This document shows, piece after piece, positions 11,815-24,074 of a DNA stretch of 64,000 bases. The stretch is taken from assembly GCF_006345805.1 (NCBI RefSeq), contig NC_043006.1, positions 29,450,001-29,514,000 of the forward strand, in the 5' to 3' direction. Under the pieces are notes generated by a model. The model was given only the letters and a program-made list of their open reading frames with translations, was not told where the DNA came from and searched no databases. Source of the DNA: Octopus sinensis (Eukaryota). The translations under genes and the position numbers were made by a program. The number at the start of each line of letters is the position of its first letter. Position 1 is the stretch's first letter.

Positions 11815-12043
11815 TAGTTGTTTCTGTTATTGGGTTGTGGTCATGCTGGGACACCAACTTTAAAGGGTTTAGTCAAACAAATTGACCAAAGCACTGTTTT
11901 CTTTAAGCTTGGTACTTATTCTCTTGGTCTCTTTTGCTGAACTCCTCAGTTACAAGGACATAAACAAACTAACACCAGTTGTGAAACAGTAGTTGGGGAC
12001 AAACAACACAAAGAGAGACTATCTCTCTTTCTCTCACACACAC
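11815..12043 (-). mobile_element. SINE family A, 3' part
   Basis: Similar to the 3' half of 16728-17106. Confidence 0.6.
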
Positions 12044-13367
12044 AAAGGGCCTTAGAGTCAATCTAGCAAAAGCCAAAGTTTTAATAAGTAGGAAGGCAGA
12101 CAAACCACAAATCCCTTCAGGTAGATGGCCTTGTTCGATCTGAAGAAAAGGTGTAGGTAGAAACTCCATAAGATGTACCCGGTGTAAGCTATGGACACAT
12201 AAGAGGTGCGGCAATATCAAAGGAAGGCTAATTGGGGAGATAGTTTTTGTGTGTGGCAAATGCTCAGGGGCAATAAACACTGAAAATGTGCAGAAAACAG
12301 CTTCCGTCACATTCCAGGGGGAAACTGCAAGTAGTTGATAGCTTCCGTTACCTAGGTGACCAAGTCAGTAGCGGGAGAGGATGCGCTAAAAGTGTAGCTG
12401 CTAGAATAAGAACAGCCTGGGTAAAGTTCAGAGAGCACCTTTACAAAGGACCTCTCACTCAATGAAAGGTAGACTGTATGATGTATGTGTGCAAACATCC
12501 ATGCTACATGGCAGTGAAACATGGGCCATGACTACTGAGGACATGCATAAGCTTGCAAGGAATGATGCTAGTATGCTCCACTGGATGTGTAATGTCAGTG
12601 TGCATACACAACAGAGTGTAAGCGCCCTGAGAGAAAAGTTGGACATAAGAAGCATCAGATGTGGTGTGCAAGAGAGATGACTGTACTGGTATGATCATGT
12701 GTTGTGTATGGATGAGGATAGCTGTGTGAAAAAGTGTCACACCCTAGCAGTAGAGGGAACCTGTGGAAGAGGTACACCCAAGAAGACCTGGGATGAGGTG
12801 GTAAAGCATGACCTTTGAATGTTGGGCCTCACCAAGGCAATGACATGTTGCCAAAACCTTTGGAGATATGCTGTGCTTGAGAAGACCCAGCAAGCCAAGT
12901 GGGATCATAACCGTGGCCTATGCCAGTGCAGCATAACTAAACCATTTAAGGGTACCCTTCAATCATTGGGTGATAAACTGCACTTGCAAAGACCTGTAGA
13001 GGAAGTGACGTCATTGTTGTGGCCGATGACAGTACCGACTGATTGGCACCCGTGCTGGTGGCACGTAAAAAAACCACCATTTGAGCGTGATTGTTGCCAG
13101 TGCTGCCTGACTGGTCCCCTGCTGGTGGCATGTAAAAAGCACCATTCAAGCATGGTCATTACCAGTACTGTGTGACTGGCTCTCGTACTGATGGCATGTA
13201 AAAAGCACACACTGCACTCTTGTAGTGGTTGGTGTTAGGAAGGGCATCCGCCAGCAGAAACATTGCCAGATTGGATTGGAGCCTTGTGCAGCCTTCTGGT
13301 TTGCCAGCTCTCGGTCAAACCATCCAACCCATGCCAACATGGAAAGTAGATGTTAAACAATGATGAT
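12044..13367 (+). mobile_element. 5'-truncated RTE-clade LINE (RT C-terminus with PHD insert, 3' UTR, (GAT)n tail)
   Basis: GLRVNLAKAKV, FRYLGD, KGRLYDVCVQTSMLHGSETW, in-frame stops. Confidence 0.9.
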
Positions 13368-13785
13368 CACACACACACACACACATGTACTATATATATA
13401 TGCGAGTGCATGTGGTTATGTGTGTTTAGCCCAAAAGAGTTTGAAAGCTGTGCATCTTTGAGAAAAATTAATTTGATTTTAGAAATTTGAATCCCAAAGA
13501 AATAAATAGTAATAAAAAAAATAAGTAAGTGATAATAAGAAATAAATAACAATAAATAATAATATAAAAATTCATTAACTTTTATATCAACAACTCTGCC
13601 ACTCTCTATCTTTCACCACTAATGTCTCTCTCTATATATTTACCATACTCTTTGATATCTACTCTCTTTATGTGTATAATTAGCTCTAATGCATTGCTTT
13701 CATTTTGTATAAAACCTCATCTTATAATGCTTTCTTTCTTTCAGTTTATGACAACTATTACACACAAATCCTGTTTTCTGATTAG

Positions 13786-14118
13786 ATGGAAATTGTAGCT
13801 GTGATACCAGTGTCGGTGGCACATAAGAGAACCATCTGAACGTGGCCGTTGCCAGCGCCGCCCCGACTGGCCTCCGTGCCGGTGGCACGTAAAAAGCACC
13901 ATCCGATCATGGCCGTTTGCCAGCCTCGTCTGGCACCTGTGCAGGTGGCATGTAAAAGGCACCCACTCGCGGAGTGGTCGGTGTTAGGAAGGGCATCCAG
14001 CTGTAGAAACACTGCCAGATCAGACTGGGCCTGGCGCAACCTACTGGCTTCCTAGACCCCAGTTGAACCGTCCAACCCATGGAAAACGGATGTTAAACGA
14101 TGATGGTGATGATGATGA
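13786..14118 (+). mobile_element. RTE 3' tail / SINE with internal hairpin repeats
   Basis: GTGCCGGTGGCACGTAAAAAGCACC units; ends GTTAAACGATGATG. Confidence 0.85.
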
Positions 14119-15267
14119 TATTTTTCTAAAATTTTCACAAACTTGGATTCAGTGTGAAAAAGTATATCAATATACCAATTTGAAAACTTTCCCTTAATTT
14201 TAAAATTTCAAAATCTGTGACAACAAAAAAGATCTCTCTCTCTCTTTACTCATGGTAAACTACTTACCCCTTTCTATACATTTTTACCACACTCTCTCTC
14301 ACTTTGTATAAAAGTATATTTGCTCACACTGTGTGTGTGTGTCTGTATGTATAAGAGTTTTCATTTGGGTGACAGTGATTTAAAAAAGGTATGTAAATGA
14401 TAATTTATTTTAATAGCATATTTTACTGTTAGTAAATATGTTTTTTCTTACACACACACACATATGCTTCATGTGTGGTGGGGCATTAAAAATTAAAGTT
14501 ATAAATTTTTTGTTTTGTTGTTTGTTGCTTACATACAAGCAACAGAGCACCACATTATCATTCCAGAAACTGTGTTTATGGGGAGAAAAATATTGGAAAA
14601 CATCAATATATGTCTGAGTGACAAAGAAACAAGCAAGATAGAAGGTGGCCATGGGATGTACTAGAAACAACAGGTAAACCTTCCTTAAATCACTTGTCTA
14701 TCTGAAAATTATTTTGAAATTATAAACAGACACAAATTGCACATTTAGATTGTTCTCATTTTAAAATTATGATTAGAAAAAATTTCAGAAAAAAAAAAAA
14801 AAATTTCAGGACTTATGGAGGGGCAGGGTTAAGGAAAGAATTAAAGAAGATTTCACTATTGTTTTTAAATCATGCCTCATCTTTTTGTTTGAAAATTCTA
14901 AGAAAGCAGAGATTGAAAAGTGAGAGCTGATTACCAAAGATTTTCCTTTTTTTAAAACTTCAAAGGTTCTCCCATCATCTTTAAGTGCAGAGTGCCAAAA
15001 AATAGAGTAGAGTTGGGGAGGCCAAATTGAAAGAATTCATAACATTTCAAAACAATTAATTTTTTTACTGAAAGGGTGTCTCCCAATCTTTATAAGTGCA
15101 AAAAAATTTTTTTTAATCCAACAAAATCAGTTGAGAAGTGAGGTTAGAGTTAGGGTTCAGAAGCGAGGAGGGAGAATTCATAAATTTTCAAAAAATTTTT
15201 TCATAACAAGCTTCCCTCCAATCATTTTTGTATGGGTATAATGGAAAAGAAAAGTTTGCAAAATAGA

Positions 15268-15485
15268 ATGAGACAGATATGCTGTGATATACATCTGGAA
15301 AGTTCTGGAAGGACTTGTACCAAACATTGGCACTGAAAGTTACACAAATACCAGAGTTGGGTGCCACTGCATAGTGCTACAGATCCTAACATTGCCATCA
15401 AGATACAGGACCAGATACTATAACAACTTGGGTTTCAAGGGACCACAGCACTCCAATATCCTTCTAAAAAACCTGAGAGACCTAT
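15268..15485 (+). mobile_element. CR1/L2-group LINE 3' fragment
   Basis: RDRYAVIYIWKVLEGLVPN...GPQ..N.L...LRDL, typical LINE ORF2 C-terminus. Confidence 0.65.
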
Positions 15486-15592
15486 GTGTATGTGTGTGTG
15501 TCCTTCTATAAGAGTGTGTAAATTTTGTGAAACCTTGTGCAAGGTCAGAAAATTGTCAAAAATCCATAACAGGAGATATCATATCTACCTAC

Positions 15593-15722
15593 CTTTAAAA
15601 TTATTTTCTGGATTTCCTGCTGGTAACATAAAGTTTAAGGTTGCATTGAGGCCACGATAAAGCAAGTTCTTCCGTTGGTTCTTTTCAAAATTATAACTGA
15701 TCTCATAAATCAAAGGTTGGTG
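15593..15722 (-). CDS. PKD1L1-like exon 20 (130 nt, phase 0-1), REJ
   Basis: TTTCAG/GTAGGT; HQPLIYEISY...LLYRGLNATLNFMLPAGNPENNFK. Confidence 0.92.
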
Positions 15723-15841
15723 CTGAAATATAGAGTGAGATTTGTTTTATTGCTACATAGAAGGCATAACCTTGAGAACATTTTCAGGTCAGGGTGTTTA
15801 TTTAAATTATAGTTTAGAACCTGAAGCACAAGAGTACTTAC

Positions 15842-15993
15842 TTTATCTTTCCATTCATAACAGAATGCACTAAAAGAGGTTTTCATTTCTACTCCTTGTA
15901 ATGGCTTGATGTTGCAGCTTCCTAAATATGGACTCTCATTAATATGGAAATGAGCATAGGCAACTCCGTATGTACCCTTATCGGTATCATTAT
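15842..15993 (-). CDS. PKD1L1-like exon 19 (152 nt, phase 1-0), REJ
   Basis: CTACAG/GTAAGT; YGVAYAHFHINESPYLGSCNIKPLQGVEMKTSFSAFCYEWKDK. Confidence 0.93.
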
Positions 15994-16166
15994 CTGTAGA
16001 AGAAAAAGTACCTGCATAAACCGCTAAATCAATTTTACACTCTCTGCACACTACAACATCAATTTCAAAGTTGAATTAAATCTCTCAACAGATAGAAACT
16101 TAACGACCTAATTTACAAAACTGTTTTAATTTTTTAAATAACAGCACAAAAGAAGAACAAACCAAC

Positions 16167-16349
16167 CTTTTTTTGAGACATTTACACGAATGATATAGTC
16201 TCGTCCCTGAGATAGCACACCTGGTTTAATTACAAGAGACTGACTACTCATCATGCTTAAAGTATCATTGATGTTTAGTACCACATTCCGACGTGACTTG
16301 CTGACAATGTGTTCAACATTAACTACAGGATCAGGACTCACAATTGTAT
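16167..16349 (-). CDS. PKD1L1-like exon 18 (183 nt, phase 1-1), REJ
   Basis: TTTTACAG/GTTGGT; TIVSPDP...SLVIKPGVLSQGRDYIIRVNVSKK. Confidence 0.9.
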
Positions 16350-16727
16350 CTGTAAAAAATATATAAATAAATAAATAAATAAGCCTTTCTAACTTGTTTC
16401 TAGCAGAGGCAGAAAGTTTAAAATTTAGAGAAAGGGTTAAGTTGATTCTACAAACGTCAGTACTTGACTGAAATTCCATTTAATCAACCCTGAAAGGATG
16501 GAACGTAAAGTTGGTGTTCGAACCCAACACTAATGATTCTGCTGATCTACTGCCCCTTCATAATTTTAGTAAAAGTGATGATGATGATTTCATTTGTAAT
16601 AAAGACTAACAAAAGGAATAACTTTATACATGAGACGAATTAAGAAAAGACAAAAGGAAATGGAGAAAAACTAGTGGAGCTTTACTTTTTAAAGCAAAAA
16701 AAAAAAACCCCAGAAATTTTCAACAGA

Positions 16728-17106
16728 TGGATGCAAGCATGGCTCTGGGGTATTTCAGTTCCCAACCACATGATTCCAGGTTCAGTCTCACTGCATGGCA
16801 CTTTGAGCAAGTGTGTTCTACTACAGCTTCTGGCTGACTAAAGCATTGTGAGTGGATTTGATAGAGGGAAGCTGAAAGAAGCCCATTGTATGTGTGTGCG
16901 TGTGTGTTTGTATTTGTTCCCCGCCACCACTCGACAACCAGTGTTGGTGTGTTTACATCCCTATAACTTAGCTGTTGGGCAAAAAAAGAGACCGGTAGAG
17001 TAAGTATCAGGCTTAACAATAAAATAGGTACTCAGGCTGATTCATTCAACTAAAAATTCTTCAAGGTGGTGCCCCAGTATGGCCATAGTCTAATGACTGA
17101 AACAAG
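16728..17106 (+). mobile_element. tRNA-derived SINE, family A, near full length
   Basis: GGTTCAGTCTC B-box-like, CACTTTGAGCAAGTG core, internal (TG)n, 3' AATGACTGAAACAAG. Confidence 0.75.
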
Positions 17107-17447
17107 TTAAAGATAGCAAACGTGGATATCACAACTTTTGGAAGTCATCAGTTGAAACCAATTTGATTTAATTCTGTCTTCATACAAATAACCGCAAGAA
17201 TCTAAGCAGACCAGCATTTTGGATACTCGGAATGGTTGGGTATTGAGCCTACAGCATATTGAGCCTATTAGTTGTTTGTGGATAGTACACTGTAGGTATG
17301 CATATATATATATACACATACACACATGCCAACATGGAGAACAGACACTAAAGCATGATGATGATGATATGTATATATATATGCATATATGTTTGTATGT
17401 ATATATGCATGTATGTTTGTATGTATATGTGTATGTGTGTGTGTATA

Positions 17448-17831
17448 CTGGGTGCAATGTGCAAATTGTCACTATTATATATTTTTAATTTCGTGCATGT
17501 GTATTGTTTGTTTTTGAGTTTGTCGACTACACAGTACAGTAGGGTCAGTTGGGCATCGTCTATAAGGAAAACAGCATCATGATGCAATTCGCTCTGCCAG
17601 AAATTTGGAAACAACATGCTGTACTGCTTGGCGTTCATGCCAAAAGCATTTCAGAGTGTTTGGGTGTCAATGTGAGAGCGTGTCGAGAGTGACAAAAATC
17701 AAACATCCAGTCAACATCATGATGTTTGGAGTAATCACTAGTGATGGCAACATTATGACTCCATTCATCTTCCTACACAGCATCAGACTCAACATGGAGG
17801 CCTACATCAAGTGCATGGAGGAGGTGGTGCT
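17448..17831 (+). mobile_element. maT/Tc1-like non-autonomous remnant
   Basis: TA + CTGGGTGCAATG terminus; KHPVNIMMFGVITSDG..EAYIKCMEEVVL. Confidence 0.78.
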
Positions 17832-17886
17832 ACATACATATATATATACATACACACACACACACACATATATATATATACATACA

Positions 17887-18900
17887 CAAGGGGGTACCTA
17901 AAAGAAACTGGAATTTTGCAATGTAATTTTATTCACTTAGTTTTACATGTCTACACTTTTATTGCCTTCAAAGTATTCTCTATTTGAAGTATTGCAACAT
18001 CATCATCGTTTAACACCTGCTTTCCATGCTGGCATGGGTTGGACAGTTTGACTGAGGACTGGCAAAACCGGAGGCTGCATCTGGCAATGTTTCTACACCT
18101 GGATGCTTTTCCTAACATCAACCACTCCGAGAGTGTAGTGGGTGCTTTTTACGTGCCACCAGCATGGGGGCCAGTCAACACATTTTCCACTATTCGAAGC
18201 AGTGCTGGAACTCTTGCGAAGTGATACTTTTAGATGCCTCTGTTGCTTTTTTCTTCATCTCTTCCACATCTGCAAATTCCATAACACTAGCTTTCATCAC
18301 CAGTGATGACCTTCAAAAAAAGGGTCTGAATCAACTTCCAGCTGTTCTTTCAGTTCACGACACACAATCATTCATGACTACTTTTGATCTTCCGTGAGCA
18401 AGCAAGGCACAAATTTTGCTGCAACTCTTTTCAATTGCAATTCTTCCCTCAGAATTCATTGACGGGGGCTCCAGGACTCACCAGTCAGATCAATAACTTT
18501 GTCAATTATTCAGTGATGATCCTCCAAAATCAGTTCGTGTTTACATTCATTCCGGAGGTTGACCAACGTCCTGAATGAGGTTGGTTTTCAAGCAACAAGT
18601 AGCCATTCCTAAAGCATGAAAGCCACTCGTAAACTTGTGTTTTGTTCATGGCAGCATCCTTGTAAGCTGTTTGAAGCAATGACAGCTGTTTCAGCCACTG
18701 TTTTGTTTGAAAACAAAATTTCAAGGAAGCATGTGGTTCCTTCATTTCAGCCATTGCAAAAATTGATGAACAAGGGAGAAGCACTGCAAAACAAAGAAGT
18801 ACCAAGTGGCAGAATCACTTCACTTGCTGATGTCAGTTGGCATAGTGATGCCTGAGGGTTGCATCAAGTGACTTCTAGTGGTGGAAGCCTGAACTACAAT
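17887..18900 (-). mobile_element. Deleted mariner remnant interrupted by an RTE tail (17998-18176)
   Basis: HTH-like LKFCF..LQTAYKDAAMNKTQVYEW..FRNG..SGR.STS; TIR-like end at 17887; the other end is not resolved. Confidence 0.7.
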
Positions 18901-19278
18901 AGACTTGTCCAGTGTAGCCTTTCAGCTGGCCACCCCAGGTCAAACCCTCGAATCCATGCCAGCATGGACAACAGATGTTTAATGATGATGATGATGATGA
19001 TATACATATTATACATGCATATATATATATATATAAAAATATATATACAATATATATATATATATCTACTACATACGTGGAAAAGAACTATGCAAGAACA
19101 GACAATGGAGCCTGGTGCAATCCCTAGGCTTACCAGCTCCTCCCAAACTGTCCAACCCATGCTGGCATGACAAACAGATGTTAAATGACAAAGAGGTCTG
19201 GCCCCTAAGTTATTTTTATACTAAACATAGCTTATGTGAATTGGAACTTTTTGATTCCAATTCACATTTATATATATG

Positions 19279-19450
19279 TGACATCCTTCTTTCCGTTTCT
19301 ATCTACCAAGTCCACTGACAAGGCTTTGGCCAGCCTGGGCCTACCGTAGAAGATACTTGCCCAAGGTGAAATGTGGGACTGAACCTGGAACTATGTGGTT
19401 GGGAGACAAACTTTCACCACATCTGTGCCTACGGCCATGTCTGCACCTGT
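19279..19450 (-). mobile_element. tRNA-derived SINE, family A
   Basis: CTTGCCCAAGGTG..GGGACTGAACC on the + strand. Confidence 0.7.
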
Positions 19451-20117
19451 GTACCTTGTATAGCCATAAATACTGTTACAAAGAAAATTTGAATTTCAGG
19501 ATAACTAATGATTGCATTCAAATGAAGCTTTGAACATTTGTGGGTTGCACAAAAGAAAAAAAAGAAAGAAAAAAAAGAACAGAAAGGTGCAGCAACAAAA
19601 GAAGAAAGGTTAGAATTACGAAAGAAGGAGAGGAGATGGAGAAATGAAAAGCATGAAGTGAGGAAGAGAAAAGGAAGGAAAGTGAAGAAGTATTGCTAGC
19701 ACTAGTGGCTAAGGTAAATAGCAAGTATGGTAAAGAGGGATTGCATGGGAGGGAGAGAAAGAGATCGAGTCTGGAAGTGTCAAAGCAAAGCTTTCAAAGC
19801 GGAAAAGGAATTATGCAATATGAAGTAGCAGCAGAGTACTGGCAATCGCTTCTTACAAAACAAGGAAGTGTAGAAGATGGACGTGGACATAGACAAACAT
19901 TCTCAAATATATAATATACAGTAAACATATGTACAGAGAGAGAGAGAGGGGGGGAGAGGGAGAGAGAGAGAGAGAGAGAGAATGTTAAATTTATTGCAGT
20001 GAAGAGCATTAGACATAACAAAGATTTCACCTGATCTCCCAACTTAACTGCTCAAAGAAGAGCCTACGATAAATTAACATTAGTATAAAAAACAGTGAAG
20101 TCAAAAAGTAAACTTAC

Positions 20118-20150
20118 CTTCAACATTTTTACTCTGAGGTAATTGGGGTT
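20118..20150 (-). CDS. PKD1L1-like microexon 17 (33 nt, phase 1-1)
   Basis: TATTTTTAG/GTAAGT strong sites; (Q)PQLPQSKNVE. Confidence 0.65.
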
Positions 20151-20482
20151 CTAAAAATAGATGAAAAAATTAAACAGCCAAAATTAAGCTTCAGTAATTT
20201 GAAATACATTTCAAACTGGAAACAATAACTACCTCACACACACACACATTATCTCTCTCTAATTTCCTGCATATCTACACTGGCTAGTTTTTCACAGTCA
20301 GTGATCAGTCAGGCTTTGATACAGCCTGATTGATTACCAAAAATGAAACCAAGTAGTTATGTGTGAGTCATTAATGTCACACAAATAAACAAACTCTGCC
20401 ACATGTAGATGGGCAATCTTCAAATACATGCAAATATATATTTTATACATGTGTGGGTGCGTATATGTGTGTGTGTATATTA

Positions 20483-20680
20483 CATATGTACTTGTGCATC
20501 TGAAAGAGTGGGATATGGTCCAGTTACTCTTAAGGTTGATCAGGTTGTCTATAAGGGGGTCATAACCAACAACTGGTGGAGCAACATCATAATTGACTAC
20601 TACAAAGATAAAGGTGATGCCTAAGGAATAATTACAGATGCATCAAATTGCTGGACCAGGTCATGAAAGTTACTGGGTGT
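20483..20680 (+). mobile_element. RTE RT fragment
   Basis: Similar to 28400-28570 (W.S.II..YK.KGDA..NY..IKLLDQVMKV). Confidence 0.7.
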
Positions 20681-21029
20681 CTCATAGCTCTGATGCACAC
20701 ACTCTCTTCATCTAACACTTTAACACACTCTATTTTCTTCTCCAACAGTTGTATCAATGTATCTCTACAGCAAGACACCTATCTCTTTCCCTCTATAACA
20801 CCTCATCAACTGGCACAAAGCTACCCAACCTTATTATTACTCACCCCCTCCCAGTCAAGGGGATTATTTTGTTTTGCAAATTACTTGGTTCTCCTGTCAG
20901 GACTGACTGAAATGATAATGTGGTGCTCTGTTGCTTGTATGTAAGCAACAACAAAACACATATATAAAGGTGTAGATTAACATTAAGAGTGGAATGCACG
21001 ATTTCCTGTTAGACTGCTTCATGGTCCAA

Positions 21030-21400
21030 GCAGACAAAATGGAAAAGACATTGTCCCAGAGGATGGCAATGGAGATGCACTGGAACAGCCTTTCTCTGAC
21101 ACATACAGCTTGCACTTTGAGACAGCCATCTCCATCCTGATAGAAGTGAGCAGGGATGAAGAATGCCAGAGGTCTTCACAGCCATAGACTCAACAATAAA
21201 CTTGTCAGAGATACTTTGACAGTTTGCCTTTCTGAGCCTAATGAGCAGTGGAGCCTGGCATGATAGCTGAACACACCAAGTTATCATTGGAGAAGGTGTC
21301 ACAGCATGTGATTGGGAAGCAAGCTTCTTACCACACAACCATGCATTGGGTATTGTAGACCTTGCATTTGCAAAAGTGGTGATATTCAACTGGGAGGAAA
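21030..21400 (-). mobile_element. CRE-like non-LTR element, RLE C-terminal fragment
   Basis: RERLFQCISIAILWDNVFSIL resembles the QRxSxAIQRGNA terminal motif; small SINE piece inserted at ~21296-21345. Confidence 0.5.
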
Positions 21401-21450
21401 GTTTTTTTGATGTAGACGAATAAAAGTGATTGTCGATGATGGTTGAGAGA

Positions 21451-21610
21451 TGTTGTTGTTGTTGTTGTTGTTGTTTAACGTCTGCCTTCCATGCTGTTGG
21501 GATGGTTTGACAAGAGCCAACCAGGCAGAAGCCTGCACCAGACTTCTGTAACTGTTTTGGCTGGATTTTTACAGCCGGATGCACTTCCTAACACCAACCA
21601 CTCAGCAGAG
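21451..21610 (-). mobile_element. RTE 3' tail fragment
   Basis: TTTAACGTC..CCATGCT..GGATG..CTAACACCAACCACTC. Confidence 0.75.
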
Positions 21611-21705
21611 CAAATGAATAAAAATGATTGATGAAGTTGGTTGAGCGGTTCACTCTAACAGAAAATGAGAAAACAAAATTCAAAATTCACAAAAATTCCA
21701 CTTAC

Positions 21706-21750
21706 GCATCCGACGGTCTTGCTTGCCGCTTTCCCCTTCTTCAATAATTG
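21706..21750 (-). CDS. PKD1L1-like microexon 16 (45 nt, phase 1-1)
   Basis: CCTTACAG/GTAAGT; (P)IIEEGESGKQDRRM; paralog of exon 15. Confidence 0.72.
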
Positions 21751-22138
21751 CTGTAAGGAGAAAATGTGAATATATGACACAAGTATGACATTATAAGAAA
21801 TAACACAAAAGATAAAAGAGGTTTAAATATTACAATCAATGGAAACTGTTAGGCTTGAGACAGCTTGCCTTTTCTAAATGTTATTTCAGTATAATATTAC
21901 ACACTCAAGTCCATTCAATCTATTTCAGCTTATTTCATCTGTTTAATTATATCAATATGACATGGCAGACAGACTCTTCATCTGCTGCTCCAATCAAAGC
22001 CATAAAACCACACACACACACAAATATAAACAAGCACACAAACACATCACTTGTGACTAATGACTAAAGATTGTTGAGAGTTGAACTCCTACAGGAAATG
22101 AGAAAAAACAAATTGAAATTCACAAGAAGTGAACTTAC

Positions 22139-22183
22139 GTGGCCAACGGCCATGCCTGCTGCTTTCCCCTTCTCCTTCAATAA
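22139..22183 (-). CDS. PKD1L1-like microexon 15 (45 nt, phase 1-1)
   Basis: CCTACAACAG/GTAAGT; (V)IEGEGESSRHGRWP; paralog of exon 16. Confidence 0.72.
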
Positions 22184-22820
22184 CTGTTGTAGGAAGAAAA
22201 TGTTAAGATTATGACACAAGTGTAACATTATAAGAAAATAAATCAATTCGTTCTAACAATTACAATCATGTAAAATACTGGTCTTGAAAGATCTTGTTCT
22301 CAATATGAATGGTTTCATTTGCTACTTCTATATCTCATTATTTATATACTCTGTTACTGTATTTGCTACTTGTATGTTTGTAAATGTTGATACAACTAAG
22401 GCTGTAGGGTTTTGTGGATGATATGTATAGGACTTCCCGGATGGACATATAGGATGTGTTCAAAGTATTCAGTGAATGTCATTGAGTAAGAGGTGTTTAA
22501 GTTGTTGGAGTTGATCATATTCTTTTTCATTTTTACTTATTCTGATAATGTGTTTAAGAAGAACCTCTCTCCTAAAAATGATGTATATTGTATCCGATCA
22601 AACAACTCTTAATTATAACAGCAGAGACACAAAAATGGATAAAAAGCACCCACCATACAATAATTACAACTGTGGGATTGGGAGTGAGAGAGAGGAAGAG
22701 CATTGTAAAGCTTCTGATTTTAGAGTTTTGCATAAAACTCATTTAAGAATGATTCTAAACATTCTGAAAATGTGACTTAAGATAACAGGCAAGAAAATGT
22801 GAAAACAACAGTGGACCTAC

Positions 22821-22871
22821 CTTCCGGTATACCCATGGCATGGAAAAAAGGATTACTTGGCATTTCTTCAA
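22821..22871 (-). CDS. PKD1L1-like microexon 14 (51 nt, phase 1-1)
   Basis: TTTCTAG/GTAGGT; (V)EEMPSNPFFHAMGIPE, open in the required frame. Confidence 0.7.
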
Positions 22872-23351
22872 CTAGAAATTGTAACAAAAAAATATTGTTT
22901 CAACATAAAAATTTGACAATTCCAAGGAAATATGCTATCACTAACCTATGTATCAAAGAATGAAAAATTAGTCTTACATGAACATCGTAACCACCTTTCT
23001 TATTATGATTGATGTGAATTTTATTTTATTAATCGTGCTAAGAAGAAAAAGTTACTAGTTTTTAAAGTAGACGGCATTTAAACAAGTAATTATAAAAAAA
23101 ACCCCAAAAAACCACAGGAGACACCTCTACAACAGATGTCAATTTCTATGTGCTTTGAAATCTATTTCAAAGTCAATACTGATTTTCATCCTCCATAGAG
23201 GTAAAGCAAGTAGAACTAGCACAAAGTAGTCAATTGAATAGCTTACAACTTCATTTATTTTCCCCAAAATGAGTTTCCCATTTATAAGAGAAATTATTAT
23301 GAAAAAAAAAATGACCAATCAGATTATTTCAGCTTTGCTTAATTGTTTAAT

Positions 23352-23513
23352 GGTGGCACATGAAAAGCACCTTTTGAGTGTTTGAAGGGTATCCAGTTGT
23401 AGAAACAATGCCAAATCAGAATGGAGTTTGGTGCAGCCTTCCAGCTTTCTAGCCCTGGTCAAACTGTCCAACCCATGCCAGCATGGACAACAGACGTTAA
23501 ATGATGATGATGA
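23352..23513 (+). mobile_element. RTE 3' tail fragment
   Basis: GGTGGCACATGAAAAGCAC..CCAACCCATGCCAGCATGG..GATGATGAT. Confidence 0.8.
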
Positions 23514-23845
23514 TCATCATCATCATATTTCTAATGAAATCCACACTTTGTTTCAATTAATTTGGGAAAAAATGAAGTATTTAGTAAAATAACTTTTGTC
23601 ACAATTAAGCTGGTGTTTGGAATATAAATTAACATAAAATTTAAATAGGTTTTAATTCAAATCACTTGAGAAAAGTAAGTTTGTATGACGGAAGCAGTAG
23701 CAGCCTCAGGTGAGTAAGTATGGAAAAAGTCGAAATGCAACAATGGAATGCAAATTGATTTACACTTGTTATGAAGATTGTTAAAATGAATCTCCATTCT
23801 CTTCTGAAATCAACTGAAGTGATTATATTCCAAGCAATTGTAACG

Positions 23846-24074
23846 TGGCAAGCTGGCAGAAACATTAGGACGCTGGGCGAAATGCGTAGCCGTATTTCGT
23901 CTGCCGTCACGTTCTGGGTTCAAATTCCGCCGAGGTCGACTTTGCCTTTCATCCTTTGAGAGTCGATAAATTAAGTACCAGTTACACACTGGGGTCAATG
24001 TAATCAACTTAATCCCTTTGTCTGTCCTTGTTTGTCCCCTCTGTGTTTAGCCCCTTGTGGGCAGTAAAGAAATA
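23846..24074 (+). mobile_element. tRNA-derived SINE, family B (MetaSINE-like central domain)
   Basis: A-box-like TGGCAGAAA, B-box GGTTCAAATTCC, GGTCGACTTTGCCTTTCATCC..GTCGATAAATTAAGTACC; inverted copy at 45570-45797. The domain name is from memory. Confidence 0.8.

Noticed and set aside
20031-20063. Extra 33-nt AG..GT candidate microexon
   Set aside because: Has TAA in the phase-1 frame needed, and would leave only a ~54-nt intron.
21009-21584. 191-aa ORF with poly-Gln
   Set aside because: Read-through of an RTE tail, a (CAA)n tract, a SINE piece and a CRE-like fragment.
23846-23935. tRNA gene
   Set aside because: A/B-box-like motifs only, with no cloverleaf; it is the head of a multi-copy SINE.
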